From Candidatus Limnocylindrales bacterium (GTDB taxonomy: Bacteria; Moduliflexota; Moduliflexia; Moduliflexales; JAUQPW01): a stretch of 64,000 nt of DNA. Below the pieces are notes generated by a model. That model was not told the DNA's origin. It was given only the letters and a program-made list of their open reading frames with translations, and ran no database searches. The stretch spans positions 1 to 64,000 of the forward strand of contig DATMBG010000008.1 of the NCBI GenBank assembly GCA_035559535.1. The letters are read 5' to 3'. This document shows, piece after piece, positions 22,312 to 31,454 of this stretch. The translations under genes and the position numbers were made by a program. Position 1 is the stretch's first letter; each line of letters begins with the position of its first letter.

Positions 22312-22527
22312 ACCCCCACGCTCCTATCCCTTTAAGGGTATTTTTTCGGCCTTAACTCCTCCCGCTTTCCCTTCCTTCGAGGGAAGAAGAGAGTGGGGAT
22401 CCAGGTGATCCCGAAGTTCCCCTTCTCGGCATAGGAAGGGAGCGAGGGGATTAGGTGAGAAAAAACTATCCCTGATAACCTTTCCCCTCTCCCGAAGCTT
22501 CGGGAGAGGAGAGTGAGGGGATGAGGA
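22312..22527. repeat. Cluster of CCCCTCTCCC...GGGAGAGG-type REP-like hairpins
   Basis: For example CCTCTCCCGAAGCTTCGGGAGAGG (perfect palindrome), CTTCCTTCGAGGGAAG, CCCTTCTCGGCATAGGAAGGG. Confidence 0.6.
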
Positions 22528-22545
22528 TAAAATCAAAAAGCAAAA

Positions 22546-25500
22546 ATGAGAATGCAGAGAAGTCGGAGTCCATGGAAGAAGTCTTTCTTCTACCTTTTAC
22601 CTTTTGTCCTTTACCTTTCGATTTTTTCGCTCTTTTCCGACATAGCCTCTGCAGCCCAGAGCCGACCCGTTATCATAGACCCTACAGAGTTGGACTTTGG
22701 GGATACCCCTTTGTGTCAGCAGTCGACCCAGAAGATTATCATTGCAAATAATGCCAACGGAAGAATGGGAAATGTCAATATCGGCTCGCTGACAAGCCCC
22801 TTTAACGTAGATAGTTTTGGACCTTGTTATGATAACCAGGGTCAGCTTATTCAGGGATGTACGAATCCTAACCCGGTTATATTACCACCGGGTAAAAAAT
22901 TGCTTATCCAGGTTAGTTTTTCTCCGACCTCTGCCGGGTCCTTTTCGGATACCCTTGTCATTAACCAGACGTCTGCACAAAGAGGAAATCAAAACATAAC
23001 CAAAAATTTACCCGTACGGGGAAGAGGAACGCCCCCCACCATAAATGCAGAGATAAGTCCTAACCCGGTGGATTTTGGCAATGCCATTGTAGGAAGGTTT
23101 GTGACCCAAACGGTTCTGATTACGAACCGTGCCGATTCAACCGGAAAGTTAGAAGGTACAGCCAGTATCTCTCCAGGCCCACCCTCGCCATTTTTTGTGG
23201 TTGGGGGGGGTTCATTTAGTCTTAACCCAGGAAAATCGCAAATAATCACCCTTCGTTTTACTCCCACCTCGATAGGGTCGGCTTCCGCCAATCTTGTAAT
23301 TACTTATAAACAGGTACCTTGTGATTCAAACAGTCCAACCCGTACGACGACCGTGGGACTGACAGGAACCGGAGTCCCTTTGATCAGCATGGCTGTAAAT
23401 CCCTCATCCTTGAGTTTTGGTGATGTCCCCACAGGTCAGTTTGCCACCCAGGCTGTTCGGATTACAAACTTATCCAGCTCGACCGGTACGTTAACCGTCA
23501 ACATAGGTGCCCTTCCGCCGCCCTTTTCTATCATTGGTGGGAATAGCGCCGATCTGGCTCCCGGGGATTCCATGATTGTAGCAGTTCGTTTCTCTCCCCT
23601 TACTCCAGGACCGTTTTCTGGGATCCTTAATATCACCCATAATGCCAGTCGTGTAGTAGGTTCTACGACGCAATCATCTCCCTTCCAGGTTCCCCTCAGT
23701 GGAACCGGCGTATTACCTACTATCGGTATAGTGGTAAGTCCAAATCCGGTAGATTTTGGTAGTGTCCCGGTAGGAAAATCTTCTGTTCAGGTTATTACCA
23801 TCGAGAATCCATTTTCCTCGACGGCTCCTCTAGATGGAACTGTTGGTAACCTTTCCAGCCCGTTTTCTGTAACAAAAAGCGAGAATCCCTTCAGTCTGGC
23901 ACCCGGGAAATCGATAAAAGTTGCCGTAAGTTTTTCTCCCACCCAGGTGGGTCCATTTTCTACCACCCTGATTATTACCCATAATGCGCCCAATGGAGCT
24001 CCTGGAGGCGTTACAAATATACCCATCACGGGAGTTGGCGGACCTGCCGTTAATCTGGCCATCCAGCCTTCACCCGTGAACTTTGGGGATGTTGCCGTAG
24101 GTCAATCTGCCAAACAGGTTATTACCATTGCCAACATGCCTTCTTCAACCGGTGTGTTGGAGGGGACCCTCTCCAGTATCTCAGGTCCCTTTTCTATCAT
24201 AAGTGGCGGAACGGGGACTTCCGATCTCGGCAGTTCGTTTAGTCTGGCACCCGGTAATTCAACCAGAGTGATCATAAATTTTACACCGACTTCACCTGGA
24301 ACAACTTCCGGAACTTTGATAATCACCCATAATGCCACAAATAAAACAAGTCCTACCGATGTTATATTAAACGGTACCGGGATAGCGGCGGCCAACCTGG
24401 CAATAAAACCCTTATCTGTAGACTTTGGTAACGTTCCGGTAGGTCAGTCGGTCAATCAAACTCTTACAATTATAAACCTTTCCAGCTCAACGGCTACCCT
24501 GGATGGGGTGGTTAATGCACCTTCAAGCCCCTTTTCCATTGCAAGCGGAGGAGGCCCCTTCAGTCTGGGCCCGGGAAAGGTTCAGTCGGTGGTGATCCGT
24601 TTTTCTCCCACTTCTTCGGGAACTTTCTCTGATAATCTGACTATTACCCACAATGCAGCCAACGTAGGGAGCCCCGTCAGTATACCAATCCGTGGAACCG
24701 CCGTAGAAGCTATTAATCTCTCTGTAAGTCCGACCTCTGTGAGTTTCGGGAGTGTTCTGATCGGGGGGCAGGCTACCCAAACCCTGACCATTACCAACGG
24801 ATCTTCTTCAACGGGTACTCTGCAAATGAGTATCGGTAATCTCTCCGGCCCGTTCTCCCTGGTCAGTGGAGGTGGTTCCTTTAGCCTGGCTCCTGGAGCA
24901 TCCCAAACCCTTACGATTAATTTTTCTCCTACCTCTCCAGGGGCAGTTTTTCAAACGTTAACTTTGACCCATAACGCCACAAATCAGGCAAGTCCCATGA
25001 ATATCTCTATCAATGGCGTAGGGGTATCCTCTCTGATTAATATGGAGATAAGTCCAGATCCGGTAGATTTTGGTGATGTTCCGGCAGGTCAATCTTCTAC
25101 CCAGACCCTGACCATTACCAATCTCTCTTCCTCAACCGGTGATCTGGTAGGGAGTTTTGGTAATCTCTCAGGCCCTTTTTCTATCATCAGTGGCGGTAAT
25201 CCCTTTACCTTGGCACCCGGAAAATCCCAATCCGTCATTATTCGATTTTCTCCAACCTCCCCGGGGGTTTTTTCTCAGGCTTTATCCATTACCCATAATG
25301 CCACAAATCTATCGAATCCTGCCAATGTGCTACTAAACGGAAAAGGGATCTCCGGAGTTAATCTGCTTATCAATACCATACCCCTCGATTTAGGTAACGT
25401 CATCGTGGGACAGTCCGTTAATCAGGTTCTTACGATAGCCAATCTGTCGACTTCTGCAAATACGTTAACAGGAAGTGTAGGAAATCTCTCCGGTCCATTT

Positions 25501-28425
25501 TCTGTTGTCAGTGGAGGAGGTCCCTTTAGTCTGGCACCCGGGGAATCCCAATCCGTTGTTATCGGTTTTTCTCCCACTTCTCCAGGGACTTTTTCTCAAA
25601 CCCTGTCTATTACCCATAATGCCACAAATCAAATCAATCCCCTCTCTATACCGGTGAGTGGAACAGGAACCACGGCCTCCATTAACATAGACATAAACCC
25701 TTCCTCTTTAAATTTCGGCAGTATCTTTGTGGGTAAATCGGCTACTCAGACCTTCACGATTACAAACCTATCCAATTCAACAGATGTATTGGAAGGAAAC
25801 ATAAACAATCTCTCAGGTCCTTTTTCGGTCGTTAAGGGAGGAGGTACTTTTACTCTGGCCCCTGGAAAATCCCAATCTGTGACGATAAGTTTTTCTCCGG
25901 GATCTGAAGGGACCTTTTCCGAAACTCTCCTTATCACCCACAATGCAACCAATCAGGGGAGTCCTGCAAAAGTATCCCTCAGTGGTACAGGTCAGGCTCT
26001 GATCCAACTCTCCATAGCCCCTTCTTCTATAGATTTCGGTAACATTCTGGTGGGCCAATCTTCCAGCCAGACCCTCACCATCAAAAACGAAGCGACTTCA
26101 ACGGGTACCCTGGAAGGAACGGTGGGAACCCTGTCAGGTCCCTTTTCTATAATGAAGGGGGGAGGTCCCTTTAGCCTGGCTCCCGGAAAATCCCTATCGG
26201 TCGTCCTTAATTTTTCCCCAACCTCCGTGGGTACCTTTTCTCAATTACTTACCCTCACCCATAATGCCACCGGCCAGACAAGTCCCGCCGATATTTCCAT
26301 AACCGGCACCGGGGTCCTTCCTGTAGTAAATATGCTTATAAGCCAAACTTCCATAAACTTTGGGAATGTTTCCGTTGGTAAGACGGCTACAAGATCTTTT
26401 ACCATTACCAATCTGGCTACTTCGACGGATACCCTGACAGGAAGCGTTGGGAATCTCTTAAGCCCATTTTCTGTGATGAGTGGAGACGGCACCTTTAGTT
26501 TAGCACCGGGAGAATCCCAATTTGTAGTTATTGCTTTTTCTCCAGAACTCTCAGGGCCAGCTTCTGAAACTTTGGTCATTACCCATAATGCGAGCAATCA
26601 GACCGGTCCAACCAATTTAACTTTAACGGGAACAGGAGCGGCGGTCATCAATCTGTCGATCAATCCGACTTCCATCAGTTTTGGTAATATGACCGTAGGT
26701 CAGACCGATAACCAGGTCTTTATGGTTACCAATGAGGCCAGCTCGACAGATACCTTGGAAGTAAAGGTAGGGAATCTTTCAGCTCCTTTTTCTATAGTTA
26801 GCGGTGGTGGGGCATTCACTCTGGCCCCTGGAAAATCCCAGCCCATCCTTGTAAGTTTTTCTCCGACTTCTCCTGGAACTTTTTCTCAAACCCTATCCAT
26901 TACCCACAATGCTACCAACTCATTAAGTCCGGCAAATGTAACAATAGAGGGAACCGGCGTTTTCGTAGTGAATTTATCTGTAGAGTTAACTCCTTCGACA
27001 GGTTCAGGGCAACCCTCCGTAAACTTTGGCGAGGTAGACATCGGCCGGTCTGCTACCCAGATGATGACCATCACCAATCAGACTTCTTCTACCAATGCCT
27101 TAACCGGAACTGTGGGTACCCTTTCAAATCCGTTTTCGGTGGTCAGTGGAAGTGGTTCGTTTAGCCTGGCCCCTGGAAAGTCGCAAACCCTGTTGGTTCG
27201 TTTTTCTCCGACCTCTGCCGGAACCTTTTCTCAAACCTTAGTCATTACCCACAATGCCACCAACTCCGGGAGTCCTCTTCAAATTCCGCTAAGTGGCACA
27301 GGTAAAGCAACGGTCAATTTATCTATCAGCTCTACCTCCCTGAGTTTTGGCAACATTCTGGTAGGAGAGACTTCTACGCAAACAATCACCCTTACCAACG
27401 AGGTATCTTCAACAGGTCTGTTAACGGGAAATTTCAGCAGTCCTCCGAATCCATTTTTCATAGCTCAGGGAAGTGGACCCTTCAGCCTGGCTCCTGGACA
27501 ATCCCAGACCATCGAGGTGATTTTTTCACCCACCTTTCCGGGGTTGTTTCTAGGAACCTTTTCCATCTCCCATAATGGTGGGAATCAACCGACTCCTCTA
27601 AACATTCTCCTGTCCGGTGCAACTCCTGTTAATTGGGGGGTCCGAAGAGATATTCCGGTACCTCGAGATTACGATGGGGATAAGAAAACAGATATTGCGG
27701 TCTGGCGACCCAGTTTAGGGAACTGGTACATTTTATCCAGCAGGGATCCTTCTTCTATTCCAGGACTTTCCGGTTTTGTTCCGGCCTGGGGGATGCTGGG
27801 AGATAGGCCGGTACCAGCAGATTATGATGGAGATGGAAAGGCAGATCTGGCCGTTTTTCGGCCTTCCACCCAGACCTGGTTGATTCAGGGTTCTTTAGGA
27901 GGAATCGTTACAGAAAATTTTGGAGCCGCCGGGGATATTCCGATTCCAGGCGATTACGATGGAGATGGAAAGGCAGACCTTGCGGTCTTTAAACCTTCGA
28001 CCGGTGAATGGGATATTAAGCCTTCTGGGAGTACCTCTGTCATCCAAGTATTATGGGGACTGAGCGGGGACCTTCCAACACCTGGAGATTATGATGGGGA
28101 TGGGAAGACGGATATTGCCGTGTGGCGCCCCGGTGATGGAACCTGGAATATCATCCTCTCAAGCGGCGGATCCATTGCCATTTCATGGGGTTTATCCGGG
28201 GATAGGCCGGTACCCGGGGACTATGACGGGGATAGGAAGACGGATATTGCCGTGTGGCGCCCCGGTGATGGAACCTGGAATATCATCTTCTCGGGTGGCG
28301 GGTTCACCACAACCCTTTGGGGCTTATTGGGTGATATTCCCGTCCCGGCAGATTACAATGGAGATGGAAGGGTGGATATTGCTGTATGGCGCCCCGATGA
28401 AGGGATCTGGTACATCCTTTTTTGA
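22546..28425 (+). CDS. Giant secreted protein, paralogue of the previous gene: ~15 Ig-like repeats + six FG-GAP/VCBS-like repeats
   Basis: Signal-peptide-like N-terminus ending ASA; same THNAT-containing repeats; six DYDGD repeats ending WYILF. Confidence 0.88.
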   Translation: MRMQRSRSPWKKSFFYLLPFVLYLSIFSLFSDIASAAQSRPVIIDPTELDFGDTPLCQQSTQKIIIANNANGRMGNVNIGSLTSPFNVDSFGPCYDNQGQLIQGCTNPNPVILPPGKKLLIQVSFSPTSAGSFSDTLVINQTSAQRGNQNITKNLPVRGRGTPPTINAEISPNPVDFGNAIVGRFVTQTVLITNRADSTGKLEGTASISPGPPSPFFVVGGGSFSLNPGKSQIITLRFTPTSIGSASANLVITYKQVPCDSNSPTRTTTVGLTGTGVPLISMAVNPSSLSFGDVPTGQFATQAVRITNLSSSTGTLTVNIGALPPPFSIIGGNSADLAPGDSMIVAVRFSPLTPGPFSGILNITHNASRVVGSTTQSSPFQVPLSGTGVLPTIGIVVSPNPVDFGSVPVGKSSVQVITIENPFSSTAPLDGTVGNLSSPFSVTKSENPFSLAPGKSIKVAVSFSPTQVGPFSTTLIITHNAPNGAPGGVTNIPITGVGGPAVNLAIQPSPVNFGDVAVGQSAKQVITIANMPSSTGVLEGTLSSISGPFSIISGGTGTSDLGSSFSLAPGNSTRVIINFTPTSPGTTSGTLIITHNATNKTSPTDVILNGTGIAAANLAIKPLSVDFGNVPVGQSVNQTLTIINLSSSTATLDGVVNAPSSPFSIASGGGPFSLGPGKVQSVVIRFSPTSSGTFSDNLTITHNAANVGSPVSIPIRGTAVEAINLSVSPTSVSFGSVLIGGQATQTLTITNGSSSTGTLQMSIGNLSGPFSLVSGGGSFSLAPGASQTLTINFSPTSPGAVFQTLTLTHNATNQASPMNISINGVGVSSLINMEISPDPVDFGDVPAGQSSTQTLTITNLSSSTGDLVGSFGNLSGPFSIISGGNPFTLAPGKSQSVIIRFSPTSPGVFSQALSITHNATNLSNPANVLLNGKGISGVNLLINTIPLDLGNVIVGQSVNQVLTIANLSTSANTLTGSVGNLSGPFSVVSGGGPFSLAPGESQSVVIGFSPTSPGTFSQTLSITHNATNQINPLSIPVSGTGTTASINIDINPSSLNFGSIFVGKSATQTFTITNLSNSTDVLEGNINNLSGPFSVVKGGGTFTLAPGKSQSVTISFSPGSEGTFSETLLITHNATNQGSPAKVSLSGTGQALIQLSIAPSSIDFGNILVGQSSSQTLTIKNEATSTGTLEGTVGTLSGPFSIMKGGGPFSLAPGKSLSVVLNFSPTSVGTFSQLLTLTHNATGQTSPADISITGTGVLPVVNMLISQTSINFGNVSVGKTATRSFTITNLATSTDTLTGSVGNLLSPFSVMSGDGTFSLAPGESQFVVIAFSPELSGPASETLVITHNASNQTGPTNLTLTGTGAAVINLSINPTSISFGNMTVGQTDNQVFMVTNEASSTDTLEVKVGNLSAPFSIVSGGGAFTLAPGKSQPILVSFSPTSPGTFSQTLSITHNATNSLSPANVTIEGTGVFVVNLSVELTPSTGSGQPSVNFGEVDIGRSATQMMTITNQTSSTNALTGTVGTLSNPFSVVSGSGSFSLAPGKSQTLLVRFSPTSAGTFSQTLVITHNATNSGSPLQIPLSGTGKATVNLSISSTSLSFGNILVGETSTQTITLTNEVSSTGLLTGNFSSPPNPFFIAQGSGPFSLAPGQSQTIEVIFSPTFPGLFLGTFSISHNGGNQPTPLNILLSGATPVNWGVRRDIPVPRDYDGDKKTDIAVWRPSLGNWYILSSRDPSSIPGLSGFVPAWGMLGDRPVPADYDGDGKADLAVFRPSTQTWLIQGSLGGIVTENFGAAGDIPIPGDYDGDGKADLAVFKPSTGEWDIKPSGSTSVIQVLWGLSGDLPTPGDYDGDGKTDIAVWRPGDGTWNIILSSGGSIAISWGLSGDRPVPGDYDGDRKTDIAVWRPGDGTWNIIFSGGGFTTTLWGLLGDIPVPADYNGDGRVDIAVWRPDEGIWYILF

Positions 28426-28450
28426 CAAAAAAACAAGAAATCTGTAGAAT
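28422..28450 (+). promoter_or_regulatory. Sigma70-type promoter
   Basis: TTGACA (28422-27), 17 bp spacer, TAGAAT (28445-50). A second TTGACA...TATGAT (19 bp spacer) follows at 28456-28486. Confidence 0.6.
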
Positions 28451-28522
28451 TTCTATTGACAAATATTCAACCTCGTACACTATGATAGGTTAGATTTAAT
28501 CATAACCAGGTTGGGTGAGGTT

Positions 28523-28744
28523 ATGCAGGTCAGGATTATTTGTTCTGAACCTTCTCTCGCTTTTGATGGGGAGTGGAAAAGGGAAGATACTCCCCAACAG
28601 ATCCTGGAATACGTCATTGCCAAAGCACGAGAATTGGATATACCCATTCATTTAGAAATCGAAAAATCAGGTATCTGGAGCATCGCTCCCAATGGAAAAA
28701 TCATGAAGGGAGCTTTATTCGACTGTACAAGGATGAGATCTTAA
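28523..28744 (+). CDS. Small hypothetical protein (73 aa)
   Basis: GAGG just before the ATG; downstream of a promoter; stop lies 1 nt before the chorismate mutase ATG. Confidence 0.55.
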   Translation: MQVRIICSEPSLAFDGEWKREDTPQQILEYVIAKARELDIPIHLEIEKSGIWSIAPNGKIMKGALFDCTRMRS

Positions 28745-28745
28745 C

Positions 28746-29048
28746 ATGGGGCGAAGTATTGAAGAAATTCGAAAAGAAATTGATCGTATTGATGACCGTC
28801 TTATAGAACTTTTAAGTCAGCGAGCGAAGCTTGTTCTCGAAATAGGAGATCTTAAAAAAGCCCAGGGGCTCCCCGTTTATGTCCCTGATCGAGAACAAGA
28901 AATCCATCAGAGGGTTCAGGCCCAGAATAAAGGTCCTCTGAGTAATGAAGCCATTGTTCGCCTTTTTAAGGAAATTATCCAGGAATCCAGAAATCTGGAG
29001 CAAGAAATTCTTTCTAACCCTCAGAGAGATCCACTTACAAAGTACTGA
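28746..29048 (+). CDS. Chorismate mutase, AroQ/type II, stand-alone
   Basis: IEEIRKEIDRIDDRLIELLSQRA...IGDLK...YVPDRE motif. Confidence 0.88.
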   Translation: MGRSIEEIRKEIDRIDDRLIELLSQRAKLVLEIGDLKKAQGLPVYVPDREQEIHQRVQAQNKGPLSNEAIVRLFKEIIQESRNLEQEILSNPQRDPLTKY

Positions 29049-30735
29049 TCCTATAGCTATACTCCCAGGTCTGAATAACCTCAAGGGCCTCTTCGGCACT
29101 TTGAACGTTTTCCAGACTTCGACGCAATTCGCGGTGCTGAAAAATTTTAGCCGCCGTGGCGAGAAGTTGAAGATGGATGCTGCTTTCCTTGTTGGGAGAT
29201 AACAGTAAGAAAACGATCTTAATTTTATTCGGAGTGGGTGTATGTAGGATACCCTGGTGAGTCAATCCCAGGGCTACAACCGGTTTAATAAGCCCCTCTA
29301 CCCGAGCATGGGGGAGAGCAATCTCTTCATTAAGGAAGGTAGAGCCCCGGGCCTCCCGTTGTCGTAAAAGTTCCAGTACAGATTCTTCCTCCAGTCCGGT
29401 TTCCTCGTGCCCAATCGCCTTAACAAGCCCCCGAAGAACCTGCTCTTTAAAGACAGGCTCCTTCCATAGAAGAATCCGATTGCTGGAGAGAAGGTGAGTC
29501 AGAGTACCTGAGCTGGGTTGAGCGGAAGAGGGGGTAGAAGCAATGGGATATTTTGCTTCTATATTTTCCAAATCCTCAAGGGATGGGGCTGTATCTGAGG
29601 TGTCCTCCTCTAGCTGAGTGTCCACAACGATGATGGTAAGTCCCTGAGCTTGGGAGATGAGTCGCTCTACGAGATTCCTTTGACCCAACAAACGTCTCCA
29701 CCAGGGTAGCTCTCCAGAACGCCCAACTACAACACGACCCACTCTGTATTCGTGGGCAAAACGAAGAAGCGTATCTACCACATCTTGACCTTTGAAGGTA
29801 AAAACAGTGGCACCGAGTTGATTAGCTAAACTCAATGTGCTGGAAAGGAGACGTTGGGTTTTAGTATCGAGGAGGGTTGGATCTTCTGAAGGGGTTTGGA
29901 CATAAACAGCGTACCAGTTACGATTTAACCGTCCGGCCAGACGTGAAGCATATCTAAGCAATGCGGCACTGTTGGGGCCTCGTGAACTTAAGCCTACCAT
30001 AATTTGGTCAGGTAAGGCCGTACGTTCCTCATCCATGATTTCTATGCGCTTACGTTCGATTTGCGATGCGATTTCACGTAATGTGAGCTCTCGAAGTTGT
30101 TCAAGATTAGATGTTTGAAAGAAGTTGTTCAGTGCCATGGTAATCCGTTCCTGAGGATAAATTTTGCCTTCTTTCAAACGTTTCTGAAGATCTTCCGCCG
30201 AAAGATCCACGTTTACCACCTGATCCGCTTCAGCCAGGATGGAATCCGGGAGGCGTTCCTTAACCTTCACTCCAATCAAGTTTTCAATGGTATTATAAAG
30301 ACTTTCCAGGTGTTGGATATTGAGGGTAGTAATAACGTGGATCCCTGCAGCCAAGATATCCTGCACATCCTGATACCGTTTCAGATTACGACTCCCCGGT
30401 AAATTGGTGTGGGCAAGTTCATCCACCAATACCACCTGAGGTTTGCGCGCAAGGATGGCTTCTACGTCCATCTCTTCCAGGGTAATACCCCGATACTGGA
30501 CACAACGACGGGGAATAACTTCTAACCCCTCGATGAGCCGGGCCGTTTCTGCACGACCGTGGGTCTCGACAATGCCTATGACTATATCAATCCCCTCTGC
30601 TTTCAGTCTGTGACCTTCCCGAAGCATCTGATAGGTTTTACCTACACCTGCAGCATAGCCTAGATAAACTTTAAGTCGCCCCCTCTCGGCCCGACGGATC
30701 AATTGTAAAAAGCTCTCAGATCGGTGATTACTCAT
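29035..30735 (-). CDS. kdpD: Soluble KdpD N-terminal sensor domain + Usp domain fused to a PTS EIIA domain (no TM or kinase domain)
   Basis: GRLKVYLGYAAGVGKTYQML, VDELAHTN, TTLNIQHLESL; Usp region with WYAVYV; C-terminal REARGSTFLNEEIALPHAR EIIA signature. Confidence 0.88.
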   Translation of the reverse strand: MSNHRSESFLQLIRRAERGRLKVYLGYAAGVGKTYQMLREGHRLKAEGIDIVIGIVETHGRAETARLIEGLEVIPRRCVQYRGITLEEMDVEAILARKPQVVLVDELAHTNLPGSRNLKRYQDVQDILAAGIHVITTLNIQHLESLYNTIENLIGVKVKERLPDSILAEADQVVNVDLSAEDLQKRLKEGKIYPQERITMALNNFFQTSNLEQLRELTLREIASQIERKRIEIMDEERTALPDQIMVGLSSRGPNSAALLRYASRLAGRLNRNWYAVYVQTPSEDPTLLDTKTQRLLSSTLSLANQLGATVFTFKGQDVVDTLLRFAHEYRVGRVVVGRSGELPWWRRLLGQRNLVERLISQAQGLTIIVVDTQLEEDTSDTAPSLEDLENIEAKYPIASTPSSAQPSSGTLTHLLSSNRILLWKEPVFKEQVLRGLVKAIGHEETGLEEESVLELLRQREARGSTFLNEEIALPHARVEGLIKPVVALGLTHQGILHTPTPNKIKIVFLLLSPNKESSIHLQLLATAAKIFQHRELRRSLENVQSAEEALEVIQTWEYSYRISTL

Positions 30736-30816
30736 GTATTAACTAGAGACTTGAGGCTAAAGACCTGGAGTTTAATTCCTCGTCTTGGGTCTCCACGCTC
30801 CAGTCTCTAAAATTGT

Positions 30817-31407
30817 CTACTTCGGCATAGGATAAAACTCATCCAAAGCCAAATTCAATTCGAGCACATTAACCCGCGGTTCTCCTAAAATTCCAAATTG
30901 TCGCCCCTGGGTATACTTGTATACGAGTTGTCTTACTTTCTCTTCCCGTATCCCACGTGCACGAGCAATTCGAGGAATCTGAAATTCAGCTCCCGCCGGG
31001 GTAATGTGCGGATCCAGACCTGATGCAGACGAGGTGATCAAATCAACCGGAATAGGCCTGTCTGGATTCTCTGAGCGTAATAGCTCGGCGGTTGATTTGA
31101 CCCTTTCAGCAAGCCTTTTGCTTGTTGGTCCTAAATTGCTACCACCTGAAGCAGTTCCCTCATAACCGATACCTGCCGCCGAAGGTCGTGGGTGAAAGTA
31201 ACCCGGTCCCTGGAACGGTTGACCGATCAATCGCGATCCTATTACCTTACCATTTTTTTCAATAAGGCTGCCCTGTGCTTTTTCCTTAAAAAATACCTGT
31301 GCCAGTCCGGTTACAACACATGGATATATAATTCCTAAAAGGAGCGTAAGTACCAGAGTCATTGCAAGAGCTGGATAAATATGTTCGAATAAATTCATTT
31401 TTTCCAT
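30817..31407 (-). CDS. kdpC: K+-transporting ATPase subunit C
   Basis: GSRLIGQPF, YFHPRPSA, SGGSNLGP, TSSASGLDPHI, GEPRVNVLELNLALD; start uncertain (31407 or 31398). Confidence 0.95.
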   Translation of the reverse strand: MEKMNLFEHIYPALAMTLVLTLLLGIIYPCVVTGLAQVFFKEKAQGSLIEKNGKVIGSRLIGQPFQGPGYFHPRPSAAGIGYEGTASGGSNLGPTSKRLAERVKSTAELLRSENPDRPIPVDLITSSASGLDPHITPAGAEFQIPRIARARGIREEKVRQLVYKYTQGRQFGILGEPRVNVLELNLALDEFYPMPK

Positions 31408-31454
31408 GGTTTTTGTATATGATCGGTTGTTTTGGTCCTTGATTACTAACAACT

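Noticed and set aside
9520-28425. Diversity-generating retroelement suggested by near-identical repeats at gene 3' ends
   Set aside because: No reverse transcriptase in the window, all copies are in-frame coding repeats, and differences are not adenine-specific.
948-28447. Dozens of antisense and alternate-frame ORFs over the four giant genes
   Set aside because: They are shadows of repetitive Thr/Gly/Asn/Ser-rich coding sequence and recur with the repeat period.
29035-30735. kdpD as a truncated pseudogene
   Set aside because: The ORF is intact, continues into a complete EIIA domain, and a separate kinase lies in the same gene run.
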